A stretch of DNA of 64,000 nucleotides from Lachnospiraceae bacterium. Its GTDB lineage: Bacteria; Bacillota; Clostridia; Lachnospirales; Lachnospiraceae. Position 1 is the first letter of the stretch; each line of letters starts with the position of its first letter. Below, in pieces: positions 46,394 to 56,151 of the stretch. Both the position numbers and the translations under genes were made by a program. Below the pieces are notes generated by a model. That model did not search any database. It was given only the letters and a program-made list of their open reading frames with translations, and was not told the DNA's origin. The stretch covers positions 45,152 to 109,151 of the forward strand of contig JAGAMG010000046.1 in assembly GCA_017624835.1 (NCBI GenBank), written 5' to 3'.

Positions 46394-47380
46394 TTATTCA
46401 GCGGATGGATTCCATTCATCCTCACCCATCAAAACATTTTCCTTGGAAAAATATTCAGAAAGGGCAGGATTGGTAATCTGCTTACTAAAGGGAACACGCT
46501 TTTCGGTGTTTGCGCCGGGGCCGTTATTGTTATGCTCAATGTAGCTGCATACGGCTTCGGCTTTTATTTTGCCCCAATTGCCCCAGCCCTCCGGAATGAT
46601 ATGGGCGCCCATATGACAATTAAGGAATGCAGTTTTGGCAAAATCTCTCCAGGGACGACCCAGGTAAACGGACTCTTGGGCAGCATCTCCGGTTAATTTA
46701 CAATCAGAGAATACCAGACCAAACTCCTGGTCAATGGGGGTGTTGGCTGCGGTTATGTAGGAATTGGCTTCGCTCTGACGTTTCCTTGAGAAAATTTCAC
46801 ATTTTTCAAAAAATGCCACGTTGGGACCGAAAATAAAGTCCACATCTCCACTGATAAAGCAGTCATAAAAATAGCTGCGGGCTGCCTTGTGATGGATGTT
46901 AACAGAGGACTCAGTAAAGAAATCCGGCAGCATGGGTTTGGAGCCGGTGAGACCCACAAAAACGGTATCCTGCCAACCAAGAAAATTACAGTGGTGGAAG
47001 CTGCATCTGTCAGCGGACACATAAATGGCAAGTGCCTGTCCGGCTACGTCGCCGGGGCCTGCAGTGCTTTCAATGGTCAAATCTTTAACGGTAATATCTT
47101 TTCCTGCAAACATAATGACAGCCGTATTAAAGGTGCCGTATTCTCCTTCCCCATCGGGTCTGGGCTTTCTTGCACCATCCCCGTAGCGGAAAATGGTTTT
47201 TTCCCTGCCGCTTCCTACAATTTCAATATTTTCTTTTCGAATAAAAACCTTTTCTTCATAAATTCCCGGTTCAATGAATATGCGGATTTTTTCCTGATGG
47301 GAGTCATCAATGGATAAAATTGCCTCCTGTAGGGAGGAAAAAGCCTCCGGGTTTGTTTGTGATACCAATATGGTTTGCAT
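46394..47380 (-). CDS. Pectin methylesterase (CE8), no signal peptide
   Basis: GIYEEKV, QALA, QDT, DFIFG, LGRPW motifs; ATG 47380 after AAAGGAG. Confidence 0.9.
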   Translation of the reverse strand: MQTILVSQTNPEAFSSLQEAILSIDDSHQEKIRIFIEPGIYEEKVFIRKENIEIVGSGREKTIFRYGDGARKPRPDGEGEYGTFNTAVIMFAGKDITVKDLTIESTAGPGDVAGQALAIYVSADRCSFHHCNFLGWQDTVFVGLTGSKPMLPDFFTESSVNIHHKAARSYFYDCFISGDVDFIFGPNVAFFEKCEIFSRKRQSEANSYITAANTPIDQEFGLVFSDCKLTGDAAQESVYLGRPWRDFAKTAFLNCHMGAHIIPEGWGNWGKIKAEAVCSYIEHNNNGPGANTEKRVPFSKQITNPALSEYFSKENVLMGEDEWNPSAE

Positions 47381-47535
47381 GGTATGTCTCCTTTCGTGGC
47401 ACATGTAATTAAGAATATTGTAGCGGATATTTGACAGTACATCAATTGCAATTTGTGAGGTTTTTGTGACATATATTGCAGGATTATAACGTTGATTGGC
47501 TTATTTATTTTTCAAAGGATTTCAAGTGAGGATAT

Positions 47536-47562
47536 TAAAGATTTACTTTTACAGGTCGATAG
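47536..47562 (+). promoter_or_regulatory. Putative sigma-28 promoter
   Basis: TAAA (47536-47539), N15, GTCGATAG (47555-47562). Confidence 0.6.
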
Positions 47563-47614
47563 TATAAGTATAAAGTGGCAAAGGGATTTGCAGAATAATG
47601 CGAGGAAATGTAGG

Positions 47615-48574
47615 ATGAAAATTACAGATAATGTTACCGTATATGCAGGAATTAATTTACAGGAAGAAAGTAGTAGAATTATTTCTTCAAAAGCAGAAAA
47701 CAGCAAACAAAAAAACAACTCCACCGTTTTTGCCGGCGATTTAAATGAAGATGTATTGCAAAACCGTATGATGCAGCGCAGGAAGGATGCCAAAGAGCAG
47801 GCTATGAAGGTGATTTCCGATGCCTTTACCGGAGATTGTACCATTGACGAGGATTTGGAAGCAAGAAGGCTGCGAGTAAAGGAATTAGAGGCTGAGAATA
47901 AAGAGTTACGGGATAAGATAAAGGATGTGGATTGTCAGCAGGAAGAGTTAATGAAGAAATATGGAGTGTCGGAGGATTCGGAGGAATATCAGAATCTGGA
48001 GTTGCTTCGTAGGGGACAGAGTATCACATCCGGGGCATTAACTCCCGAGGAGCGTGCTAAGGTAGCGGAGCTTAGGCAAAACGGCCTTACCGAATACCAG
48101 CAGAGAGTTTTGGAGCTGGATGAAATCAAAGAGGCTTATCAGGAAACCTTGAATAAGAACGACAGGGCTATTTTACAGGAAAATGCCATTATCAGGGGAA
48201 CCAAGCTGGAGCGATTAAAATATGCGCCTATGACAAAGGCAAAAGAACAGGCGGAAGGAATCATGGAGGCTGCCGGTGAGGAAATCAAGGGTATGATTTT
48301 GGAAGAGGCAAAGGATGTGCTGGATGAGAAGGAAGAGGAGCAGGAAGAACAGGCAGAAAAGATAGAGGAGAAGCGTAAGGAACAGGAAGCCTTTGTGGAA
48401 AAACAGCAGGAAGAAAGAGCACAGGAGGAGCTTTGGGAGGAGGTACCTGTGGAAGAAATGCTGGATATGGAACAGATGCAAACGGAGGTTCAAAAGGAAA
48501 TTCAGGGCATTGTAGACAAAATGAAGCTGGTTGCGGAGGATATTAAGGGCGCAGCAGTGGATAAAAGTGTATAA
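47615..48574 (+). CDS. Hypothetical coiled-coil protein
   Basis: E/K/Q-rich helical ORF; ATG 47615 after GAGG; ends KGAAVDKSV. Confidence 0.82.
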   Translation: MKITDNVTVYAGINLQEESSRIISSKAENSKQKNNSTVFAGDLNEDVLQNRMMQRRKDAKEQAMKVISDAFTGDCTIDEDLEARRLRVKELEAENKELRDKIKDVDCQQEELMKKYGVSEDSEEYQNLELLRRGQSITSGALTPEERAKVAELRQNGLTEYQQRVLELDEIKEAYQETLNKNDRAILQENAIIRGTKLERLKYAPMTKAKEQAEGIMEAAGEEIKGMILEEAKDVLDEKEEEQEEQAEKIEEKRKEQEAFVEKQQEERAQEELWEEVPVEEMLDMEQMQTEVQKEIQGIVDKMKLVAEDIKGAAVDKSV

Positions 48575-48586
48575 ATATTGGGAAGA

Positions 48587-48643
48587 CACCAAATGGGAGT
48601 CTCCTGCATATGTTGTAGAAAGACATATGCGGGAGGCTTTTTT
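48587..48643 (+). promoter_or_regulatory. Sigma-K-like promoter overlapping a terminator hairpin
   Basis: CACC-N16-CATATGTT; stem AGTCTCCTGCATATGT/ACATATGCGGGAGGCT + T-run contains the amidase RBS. Confidence 0.55.
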
Positions 48644-49171
48644 ATGGCTCTTGTTGTACTTGATGCAGGACATGGTGGAGCAAACCCCGGTGCCATATAT
48701 AATGGCAGGCAGGAAAAGGATGATGTACTTGCGCTTACTCTGGCAATCGGACAAATATTAGAAAACAGTGGAGTGGATGTGTATTATACCAGAACGGCGG
48801 ATATTTATGAATCTCCCTATCAGAAGGCAACGGAGGGAAATGATGCGGGAGCAGACTATTTTGTATCCATACATCGTAATTCCAGTCCCTATCCCAACCA
48901 ATATTCAGGGGTGGAGACATTGGTATATAACCGTTATAGTGAGGCTGCCAGATTAGCGGCTAATATTAATTATCAACTGGAGCAGGTGGGCTTTGTGAAT
49001 TTGGGCATAAACGAACGTCAAAATTTGGTGGTGTTGAACAGTACTCAGATGCCTGCTGTTTTGGTAGAGGTAGGATTTATTAACACGGATGCGGACAATA
49101 CTATTTTTGATACTAGGTTTGATGCAATTGCTCAGGCCATTGCGGAGGGAATTTTACAGACAATTAGATAA
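48644..49171 (+). CDS. N-acetylmuramoyl-L-alanine amidase (Amidase_3), catalytic domain only
   Basis: LDAGHGG, EKD, VSIH.N, PAVLVEVGFI. Confidence 0.93.
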   Translation: MALVVLDAGHGGANPGAIYNGRQEKDDVLALTLAIGQILENSGVDVYYTRTADIYESPYQKATEGNDAGADYFVSIHRNSSPYPNQYSGVETLVYNRYSEAARLAANINYQLEQVGFVNLGINERQNLVVLNSTQMPAVLVEVGFINTDADNTIFDTRFDAIAQAIAEGILQTIR

Positions 49172-49180
49172 GTAGTAAGA

Positions 49181-49218
49181 AAGGTGGTCGTAATGGAAGC
49201 GATACGACTGCCTTTTTT
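49181..49218 (+). terminator. Terminator after amidase
   Basis: AAGGTGGTCGTA/TACGACTGCCTT + T-run. Confidence 0.75.
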
Positions 49219-49231
49219 GTGCAATGGATAT

Positions 49232-49260
49232 TTTTACCTAAAAATTACATATAAATTACC
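49232..49260 (+). promoter_or_regulatory. Pho box upstream of pstS
   Basis: TTAC repeats at 49234, 49245, 49256 (11-bp period). Confidence 0.65.
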
Positions 49261-49349
49261 AAACCATGATATTTTGCGAGAAAAAATCATGCTAGTATGC
49301 AGTTGTAAGCAAAAGAAGAGAAAATTAAACGAAAATCATGGAGGAGATT

Positions 49350-50210
49350 ATGATGAAAAAGAAAAGTAGCAGAATTTTAGGTGTTTTAGGAGCTTGTGTT
49401 TTGGCAGTAGGAAGTCTTGCTGCATGCGGAAGTGATAGTAGTGTTGAGGGAGAGGTGTCACAGGGTAGTGCACTTTCCGGTTCCATTCAAATGGTGGGAA
49501 GTACATCCATGGAAAAGTATGCAAATGCTTTAAGTGAAGTGTTTATGGAAAATAATCCTGATGTAACGGTAACAGTGGAATTTGTAGGCTCCGGTGCCGG
49601 GATTGAGGCTGTGAATAATAAAACCGCGGATATCGGAAATTCTTCCAGAAACTTAAAGGAAGAGGAAAAGGCAGCAGGAGCAGTGGAAAATATTGTGGCA
49701 ATTGACGGCATTGCGGTATGTGTGGATGCTGCAAATACAGTAAGTAATCTTACTAAGGAACAGTTGACCAATATTTATAACGGAACTATTACTAATTGGA
49801 ATGAGCTTGGTGGTACTGATGCCCCTATTGTAGTGGTTGGTCGTGAAGCGGGAAGCGGTACCAGAGGTGCTTTTGAAGAACTGTTAGGTTTGGAGGATGC
49901 ATGTGCGTATGCCAACGAGTTAGACAGTACCGGTGCAGTAATGGCAAAGGTGGCAGCGACTCCCGGTGCCATTGGATATGTTTCTTTGGATGTGTTGGAT
50001 GATAGTGTAAAAGCCTTGGATTTGGAAGGTGTGGCGGCAACAGTGGAAAATATTAAGGCAGGAGAATATTTCCTTTGCAGACCTTTTGTGATGGCTACTA
50101 ATGGAGAAATATCTGCACAGAGCGAGCTGGTTCAGTCCTGGTTTGACTTTGTGCTTGGCGCAGAGGGTCAGGAGATTGCGACTGAGGTTGGGTTGATTAC
50201 GGTTCAATAA
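49350..50210 (+). CDS. pstS: Phosphate ABC transporter substrate-binding lipoprotein
   Basis: Lipobox LAAC; GSTS, GSGAG, DIGNSSR, REAGSGTRGAF. Confidence 0.93.
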   Translation: MMKKKSSRILGVLGACVLAVGSLAACGSDSSVEGEVSQGSALSGSIQMVGSTSMEKYANALSEVFMENNPDVTVTVEFVGSGAGIEAVNNKTADIGNSSRNLKEEEKAAGAVENIVAIDGIAVCVDAANTVSNLTKEQLTNIYNGTITNWNELGGTDAPIVVVGREAGSGTRGAFEELLGLEDACAYANELDSTGAVMAKVAATPGAIGYVSLDVLDDSVKALDLEGVAATVENIKAGEYFLCRPFVMATNGEISAQSELVQSWFDFVLGAEGQEIATEVGLITVQ

Positions 50211-50220
50211 GCAAATTAAG

Positions 50221-51153
50221 GTGAAAAAGGATATAGCGATGAAACAAAAATCACAAAGAAAAGCTGTGGTGGAAAATGTGGCACAAATCATTTTTACAAT
50301 TTGTGCCTTCTTCGCTGTCTTGGCAGTGCTTTCCATTACTTTATATATGATTATCAGTGGAACACCGGCAATTTTCAAGGTGGGGCTTAAGGAAATTCTG
50401 TTTAGCACGGAATGGGCACCTACGGCAAAAGAACCCCATTTTGGTATATTGTATGTTATTTTAACTTCTATAGTAGGGACTTCGTTAGCAATTTTGCTGG
50501 GAGTACCAATAGGTCTTTTGACTGCTGTTTTTTTGGCGGAGGTTGCGCCCAAAAGAATTGCAGCAATGGTAAAGCCGGCAGTGGAGCTTTTGGCAGGAAT
50601 CCCTTCTGTTGTATATGGTTTATTAGGAATTTATTTGTTAAATCCATTGATGTACAAATTGGAGCTGGCACTATTTCAGGATTCTGGGGGACATCAGTTT
50701 ACCGGTGGAGCTAATCTTTTATCTGCAGTGATTGTGTTGGCAATTATGATTTTGCCTACAGTAATAAATATCAGCGAAGCGGCACTTCGGGCTGTTCCGG
50801 CTGGGATGAAGGCGGCTTCACTTGCTTTAGGAGCATCCCATATGCAGACTATTTTTCGGATGATAATTCCGGCAGCAAAATCCGGGATTGTGACGGCGGT
50901 AGTATTAGGTGTGGGAAGAGCGATTGGAGAAGCTATGGCAATCACGCTGGTATCCGGCAGTAGTGTGAATATACCATTGCCCTTTAATTCTGTTCGTTTT
51001 CTGACAACAGCAATTGTCAGCGAAATGGGTTATGCTCAGGGAACTCACCGGCAGGTGCTTTTTACCATAGGTTTGGTACTGTTTGCTTTTATTATGGTGA
51101 TTAATGTATGTCTTGGCAAAATACTGAAAAAGGGAGAAGCAGAGAATGAGTAG
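50221..51153 (+). CDS. pstC: Phosphate ABC permease
   Basis: ELLAGIPSVVYG, GRAIGEAMA. Confidence 0.93.
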   Translation: MKKDIAMKQKSQRKAVVENVAQIIFTICAFFAVLAVLSITLYMIISGTPAIFKVGLKEILFSTEWAPTAKEPHFGILYVILTSIVGTSLAILLGVPIGLLTAVFLAEVAPKRIAAMVKPAVELLAGIPSVVYGLLGIYLLNPLMYKLELALFQDSGGHQFTGGANLLSAVIVLAIMILPTVINISEAALRAVPAGMKAASLALGASHMQTIFRMIIPAAKSGIVTAVVLGVGRAIGEAMAITLVSGSSVNIPLPFNSVRFLTTAIVSEMGYAQGTHRQVLFTIGLVLFAFIMVINVCLGKILKKGEAENE

Positions 51154-52033
51154 TAAAACTTTAATGGGTAGGAAAAAAAGACCTGTGGACACCCTGCAAA
51201 AGCTGGCAATTTATGCTTCTGCCGGAATTTCTGTTGCAATACTTTTAGGGATTATAGGCTATGTTTTTGTGAAGGGTCTGGGTACCGTGAATTGGACCTT
51301 TCTGACAACGGTTACCAGTGCAAGGAAGCAGACCACAGGTATTCTGGGAAATATAGTAAATACGATATACATAGTAGTGATTTCTTTACTGATAGCTACG
51401 CCTATAGGGGTAGGGTCAGCCATTTATCTGAATGAGTATGCCAAGCCCGGAAAAATGGTTTCTTTGATAGAGTCTACCACAGAAATACTTTCCGGTATTC
51501 CTTCCATTATTTTTGGCTTGTTTGGAATGATTTTCTTTGGAGAAACTTTGGGGTTAGGTTATTCTATTATGACAGGTTCCCTTACCTTATCCTTAATGGT
51601 ATTGCCATTGATTACCCGGAATACTCAGGAGGCACTTAGGACGGTGCCGGACAGCTATCGAAGCGGTGCAATGGGAATGGGGGCTACCAGATGGTATATG
51701 ATTCGGACAATTTTATTACCTTCTTCCATGTCCGGTATTGTGACCGGAATTATTTTGGCATTGGGAAGAATTGTAGGGGAGTCCGCTGCGCTGTTGTTTA
51801 CTGCGGGGAGTGGCTATAAGCTGCCTAATTTTGGTGGTGCCTTGGGAGAAAATCTGACAAAGCTGGCAGAGAAGGTATTGGAATCCGGTGGTACATTAAC
51901 GATTGAGCTTTATTTGCAGATGCAGAAGGGTAAGTATGATACGGCATTCGGTATCGGTTGTGTGTTGATTATTATTGTATTGCTTTTAAATCTGGTAACC
52001 AAGGTAGTTGCAAACAGGATGAAGCCTGTGTAA
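51146..52033 (+). CDS. pstA: Phosphate ABC permease
   Basis: [28 protein letters not shown]. Confidence 0.93.
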   Translation: MSSKTLMGRKKRPVDTLQKLAIYASAGISVAILLGIIGYVFVKGLGTVNWTFLTTVTSARKQTTGILGNIVNTIYIVVISLLIATPIGVGSAIYLNEYAKPGKMVSLIESTTEILSGIPSIIFGLFGMIFFGETLGLGYSIMTGSLTLSLMVLPLITRNTQEALRTVPDSYRSGAMGMGATRWYMIRTILLPSSMSGIVTGIILALGRIVGESAALLFTAGSGYKLPNFGGALGENLTKLAEKVLESGGTLTIELYLQMQKGKYDTAFGIGCVLIIIVLLLNLVTKVVANRMKPV

Positions 52034-52056
52034 GGCGTTGGCAAGAGAGGAATTGT

Positions 52057-52851
52057 ATGAACAGTTTAATTAATATGAATAATACAAATAAGAAAGAAAA
52101 CAGTAAAATTCAAGTTCAGAATCTAAACTTATACTATGGTGAGAATCATGCCCTAAAGAATATTAATATGAATATCAGGGAGAATGCCATTACTGCATTT
52201 ATCGGTCCCAGCGGTTGCGGAAAATCCACATTTTTGAAGTGTATGAATCGTATGAATGATTTGGTGTCCAATGTTCGTATTAACGGAACAATACTTTTGG
52301 ATGGGGAAGATATTTATGATAAGAGGGTAGACCCTACCCTGCTTCGTAAGAGGGTGGGAATGGTGTTTCAGCAACCCAATCCTTTTCCTATGTCTATCTA
52401 TGACAATATTGCTTATGGACCGAGACTTCATGGTATAAAGAATAAGGCTAAGTTGGATGAAATTGTGGAGAATGCGTTGATAGATGCTGCCATTTTTGAT
52501 GAGGTAAAGGACAGATTAAAAAAGTCAGCCTTGGGATTGTCCGGAGGACAGCAGCAGAGACTTTGCATTGCCAGAGCCTTGGCAGTGGAGCCGGAGGTTT
52601 TATTGATGGATGAACCTACTTCTGAGCTGGATCCGATTTCTACCTTAAAAATTGAAGAATTGATGGAGACCTTGAAAAAGAAATATACCGTGGCAATTGT
52701 AACACATAACATGCAGCAGGCGGCAAGAGTGTCGGATGATACGGCGTTTTTTCTGGTAGGTGAGGTGGTGGAATTTAATTCCACCCGGCAGATATTTGCA
52801 AGACCTAAGGATAAGCGGACAGAGGATTATATTACAGGAAGATTTGGATAA
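52057..52851 (+). CDS. pstB: Phosphate ABC ATPase
   Basis: [32 protein letters not shown]. Confidence 0.95.
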   Translation: MNSLINMNNTNKKENSKIQVQNLNLYYGENHALKNINMNIRENAITAFIGPSGCGKSTFLKCMNRMNDLVSNVRINGTILLDGEDIYDKRVDPTLLRKRVGMVFQQPNPFPMSIYDNIAYGPRLHGIKNKAKLDEIVENALIDAAIFDEVKDRLKKSALGLSGGQQQRLCIARALAVEPEVLLMDEPTSELDPISTLKIEELMETLKKKYTVAIVTHNMQQAARVSDDTAFFLVGEVVEFNSTRQIFARPKDKRTEDYITGRFG

Positions 52852-52870
52852 AAAGAAGGAGAATCAAACA

Positions 52871-53536
52871 ATGTCACCAAGAATTTTTTTTGAGCAGGAA
52901 TTGGAAATCTTAAAAAGAAATGTTGCAGAAATGGGAGAGCGGGCGGAGCTTAGTTATGACAGATTGGTGAATGCTGTCGAAGAAAATGACAGGGAAACCT
53001 TAAAGCTGCTTTTGGATAATGATCGTCAAATGATTGATATGCAGAGAAGTATTGAAGGAAAATGTTTGCTGTTACTCACAAAACAACAGCCGGTAGCAAA
53101 GGACTTGCGATTGGTGTCTTCCGCCTTAAAGGTGGTTACGGATATTGAGAGAGTGGGGGATCATGTTGCGGATATTGCAGAATTATATCTTCGTATGGGA
53201 GAGTCTAATCAGCAAGGAAGCTATGAAAAATTGCTTGTCAGTATGATGGAAGAAGCAAGGAGAATGCTTTGTGAAGCGGTAGAGGCTTTTGTGAATGGGG
53301 ATGAGGAGATTGCCGGTAAGGTAATTGCACAGGATGATGTGGTGGATGAACTGTTTAATCAGGTAAAAGAGCAAATGATGCGGGCAATCTGCAATCAGGA
53401 CTTGGATGCGGATAGGGTTGTGGATTATCTGATGGTGGCAAAATATCTGGAAAAAATCGGGGATCATGCGGTAAATATTGGAGAATGGGCAATTTTTCTT
53501 GTAACGGGGGATATGCAGGGAGTAGAGTTGTACTAG
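52871..53536 (+). CDS. phoU: Phosphate signalling protein PhoU
   Basis: QQPVAKDLR, DIERVGDH, LEKIGDHAVNI. Confidence 0.93.
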   Translation: MSPRIFFEQELEILKRNVAEMGERAELSYDRLVNAVEENDRETLKLLLDNDRQMIDMQRSIEGKCLLLLTKQQPVAKDLRLVSSALKVVTDIERVGDHVADIAELYLRMGESNQQGSYEKLLVSMMEEARRMLCEAVEAFVNGDEEIAGKVIAQDDVVDELFNQVKEQMMRAICNQDLDADRVVDYLMVAKYLEKIGDHAVNIGEWAIFLVTGDMQGVELY

Positions 53537-53540
53537 AGAT

Positions 53541-53594
53541 TTTACATAAATTTTACATTTGATGGTTATATATTTTACAAAAGTAAGTTATAAT
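53541..53594 (+). promoter_or_regulatory. Pho box and -10 upstream of the Na/Pi symporter
   Basis: TTTACA at 53541, 53552 and 53574 (11-bp phase), then TATAAT 53589-53594. Confidence 0.7.
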
Positions 53595-53662
53595 GCAATT
53601 GTATATGCATCTTTCAATTGTAAAATATAAAATACAAATGTGAAATAAGAGAGGATTATCGT

Positions 53663-55432
53663 ATGACTTTTTTTGATTTTCTGACAATGCTGGGAGGACT
53701 TGCGCTCTTCCTGTATGGTATGAATCTGATGGGTGATGGTTTGTCCAAGGCATCGGGGGGACGTTTGGAGCGTATTTTGGAAAAGCTTACCAGCAATCCC
53801 TTAAAGGCAGTGCTTTTGGGTGCCGGTGTAACGGCTGTGATTCAGTCTTCTTCTGCAACTACGGTTATGGTAGTGGGTTTTGTTAACTCCGGTATTATGA
53901 AGCTGCAACAGGCAGTAGGCATTATTATGGGTGCAAATATCGGTACCACCATTACCTCTTGGATTTTAGGTTTAAGTGGAATTGATAGTTCCTCCTTTTT
54001 TGTGAAATTATTAAAACCCACATCCTTTTCTCCTGTGTTAGCATTGATAGGTGTGGTATTCCTCTTATTTACTAAGAAGGATAATTTGAAGAATGCGGCA
54101 GCGATTTTGATTGGATTTGCTATTTTGATGTTTGGTATGGATACCATGAGTGAGGCGGTAAAGCCTCTTAGAGATGTGCCTGAATTTACCAGTATTCTTA
54201 CCAGGTTTTCCAATCCGATATTAGGTATGATTGCAGGCTTGGTACTGACTGCTGTGATTCAGTCTTCTTCAGCATCAGTAGGTATTTTGCAGGCGCTATG
54301 TGCAACCGGTGCAGTGGGCTATGGTGCAGCTATTCCCATTATTATGGGTCAGAATATCGGTACCTGTGTTACAGCGATGATTTCCGGTATTGGTGCTTCT
54401 AAGAATGCTAAGAGAACGGCATTGGTACATTTGTATTTTAATGTAATAGGTACCGTATTGTTTATGGTTGCATTTTATGCAATTAATTCTGTAAATCCTT
54501 TTCCGTTTATGGGTGATGCTGCAACGCCTTTTGGTATTGCGGCAGTACACAGTGTATTTAATGTGGTTGCAACTTTGTGTTTGCTTCCTTTTTCGAAATT
54601 GTTAGTTAAACTGGCTGTTATGACTGTTAAGGATGAGGATAAGCAGGTTGAAAACAGTGAGGACAGCAAGGTACTGCATCTTTTGGATGTTCGATTTTTG
54701 GATACCCCTTCCTATGCGGTGGAGCAGAGTCGTAATGTGGCAATGGAAATGGCTTCTCTTGCAGAAGAATCCATGAATCTGGCTATGGAATTGCTGGAGG
54801 AATATGATATTACCAAGGCAGAGCGTGTGGTAGCGCTGGAAAGTGAAGTGGATCGTTTTGAGGATGAGCTTGGAACCTATCTGGTGAAGCTGAGTTCTAA
54901 AAATCTGTCTGAGAAGGATAGCCATACCTTGAATAATATTTTGCATTGTATCGGTGATTTTGAAAGAATTTCTGACCATGCCCGTAATATTAAAGAAGCG
55001 GCACAGGAAATGTTTGAGAAGAAGCTGGAGTTTTCCGATAAGGCAAAGGCTGAGCTTGAGGTTTTGAAGCGTGCAATTCATGATATCCTTCAGATTACCA
55101 TGCGTAGCTTCTATGAAGAAGATTTGAATTTGGCAAAGCTGGTAGAGCCTTTGGAAGAAGTAATCGACGGATTGAATTTGGATATCAAGCAACGCCATGT
55201 AAAGAGACTGCGTAAGGGTAAATGTACCATTGAGCTGGGCTTTATTCTGTCAGATATTACAACCAATTTTGAAAGAGTATCAGATCATTGTTCCAATATT
55301 GCAGTATGTCTGGTTGAGGTAAATGCAAATGAGTTTGATACCCATGCGTATCTGGATGAATTGAAGCAGGAAGACAATATTGATTTCAGAGGTAAGGTAA
55401 TGACCTATAAGGAGCGTTATCAGTTACCATAA
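53663..55432 (+). CDS. Na+/Pi cotransporter family protein with PhoU-like C-terminus
   Basis: Two QSSS repeats, GANIGTT/GQNIGT; ERISDH, ERVSDH. Confidence 0.93.
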   Translation: MTFFDFLTMLGGLALFLYGMNLMGDGLSKASGGRLERILEKLTSNPLKAVLLGAGVTAVIQSSSATTVMVVGFVNSGIMKLQQAVGIIMGANIGTTITSWILGLSGIDSSSFFVKLLKPTSFSPVLALIGVVFLLFTKKDNLKNAAAILIGFAILMFGMDTMSEAVKPLRDVPEFTSILTRFSNPILGMIAGLVLTAVIQSSSASVGILQALCATGAVGYGAAIPIIMGQNIGTCVTAMISGIGASKNAKRTALVHLYFNVIGTVLFMVAFYAINSVNPFPFMGDAATPFGIAAVHSVFNVVATLCLLPFSKLLVKLAVMTVKDEDKQVENSEDSKVLHLLDVRFLDTPSYAVEQSRNVAMEMASLAEESMNLAMELLEEYDITKAERVVALESEVDRFEDELGTYLVKLSSKNLSEKDSHTLNNILHCIGDFERISDHARNIKEAAQEMFEKKLEFSDKAKAELEVLKRAIHDILQITMRSFYEEDLNLAKLVEPLEEVIDGLNLDIKQRHVKRLRKGKCTIELGFILSDITTNFERVSDHCSNIAVCLVEVNANEFDTHAYLDELKQEDNIDFRGKVMTYKERYQLP

Positions 55433-55464
55433 ATGTAAACACGGATAGAAAGAAGGAAAGCTAC

Positions 55465-56151
55465 ATGGCATTAATATATGTAGTGGAGGATGACAAAAAT
55501 ATTCAGGAAATCGAAACCTTTGCTCTTACCAATGTGGGATACCGGGTGGAAGGTTTCGGGTCGGCAGGGGAGTTTTATGATGCCCTTGAGAAAGAGAGTC
55601 CGGATTTGATTTTACTGGATATTATGCTTCCGGACGAAGATGGTTTAACCATTGTAAAGAAGCTTCGTAAAAGACAGGATACCGTGCTGATACCCATTAT
55701 TATGGTAACAGCTAAGACTACGGAAATTGACAAGGTGAAGGGACTTGATATCGGGGCAGATGATTATATGACCAAGCCCTTTGGGGTAATGGAATTGATA
55801 TCAAGGGTTAAGGCAATGCTTCGAAGAAGTGCTAAGCCGGAGGATAAGGAAAAGGTGCTTCGGCTTGGAAATATTGTGTTGGATCGTGAGAAGCATGCTG
55901 TGTATGTAAGTGATATACCTTGCGAATTAACCTACAAGGAGTATGAGCTGTTAAAGCTTCTGATGGTGAATGCGGGAATTGTAACTCCAAGGGAAGTGAT
56001 TCTGGATCGTATTTGGGGGATTGATTTTGAGGGGGAATCCAGAACCTTGGATATGCATATCAAAACTCTTCGCCAAAAGCTGAAAGAAGAAGGTTGTTTA
56101 ATCAAAACCGTGCGTAATGTGGGTTATATTATGAATACGGAGAAGTCGTAA
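55465..56151 (+). CDS. OmpR/PhoB-family response regulator (probable PhoB/PhoP)
   Basis: LLDIMLP, GADDYMTKPF, SRTLDMHIKTLRQKL; phosphate cluster context. Confidence 0.88.
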   Translation: MALIYVVEDDKNIQEIETFALTNVGYRVEGFGSAGEFYDALEKESPDLILLDIMLPDEDGLTIVKKLRKRQDTVLIPIIMVTAKTTEIDKVKGLDIGADDYMTKPFGVMELISRVKAMLRRSAKPEDKEKVLRLGNIVLDREKHAVYVSDIPCELTYKEYELLKLLMVNAGIVTPREVILDRIWGIDFEGESRTLDMHIKTLRQKLKEEGCLIKTVRNVGYIMNTEKS

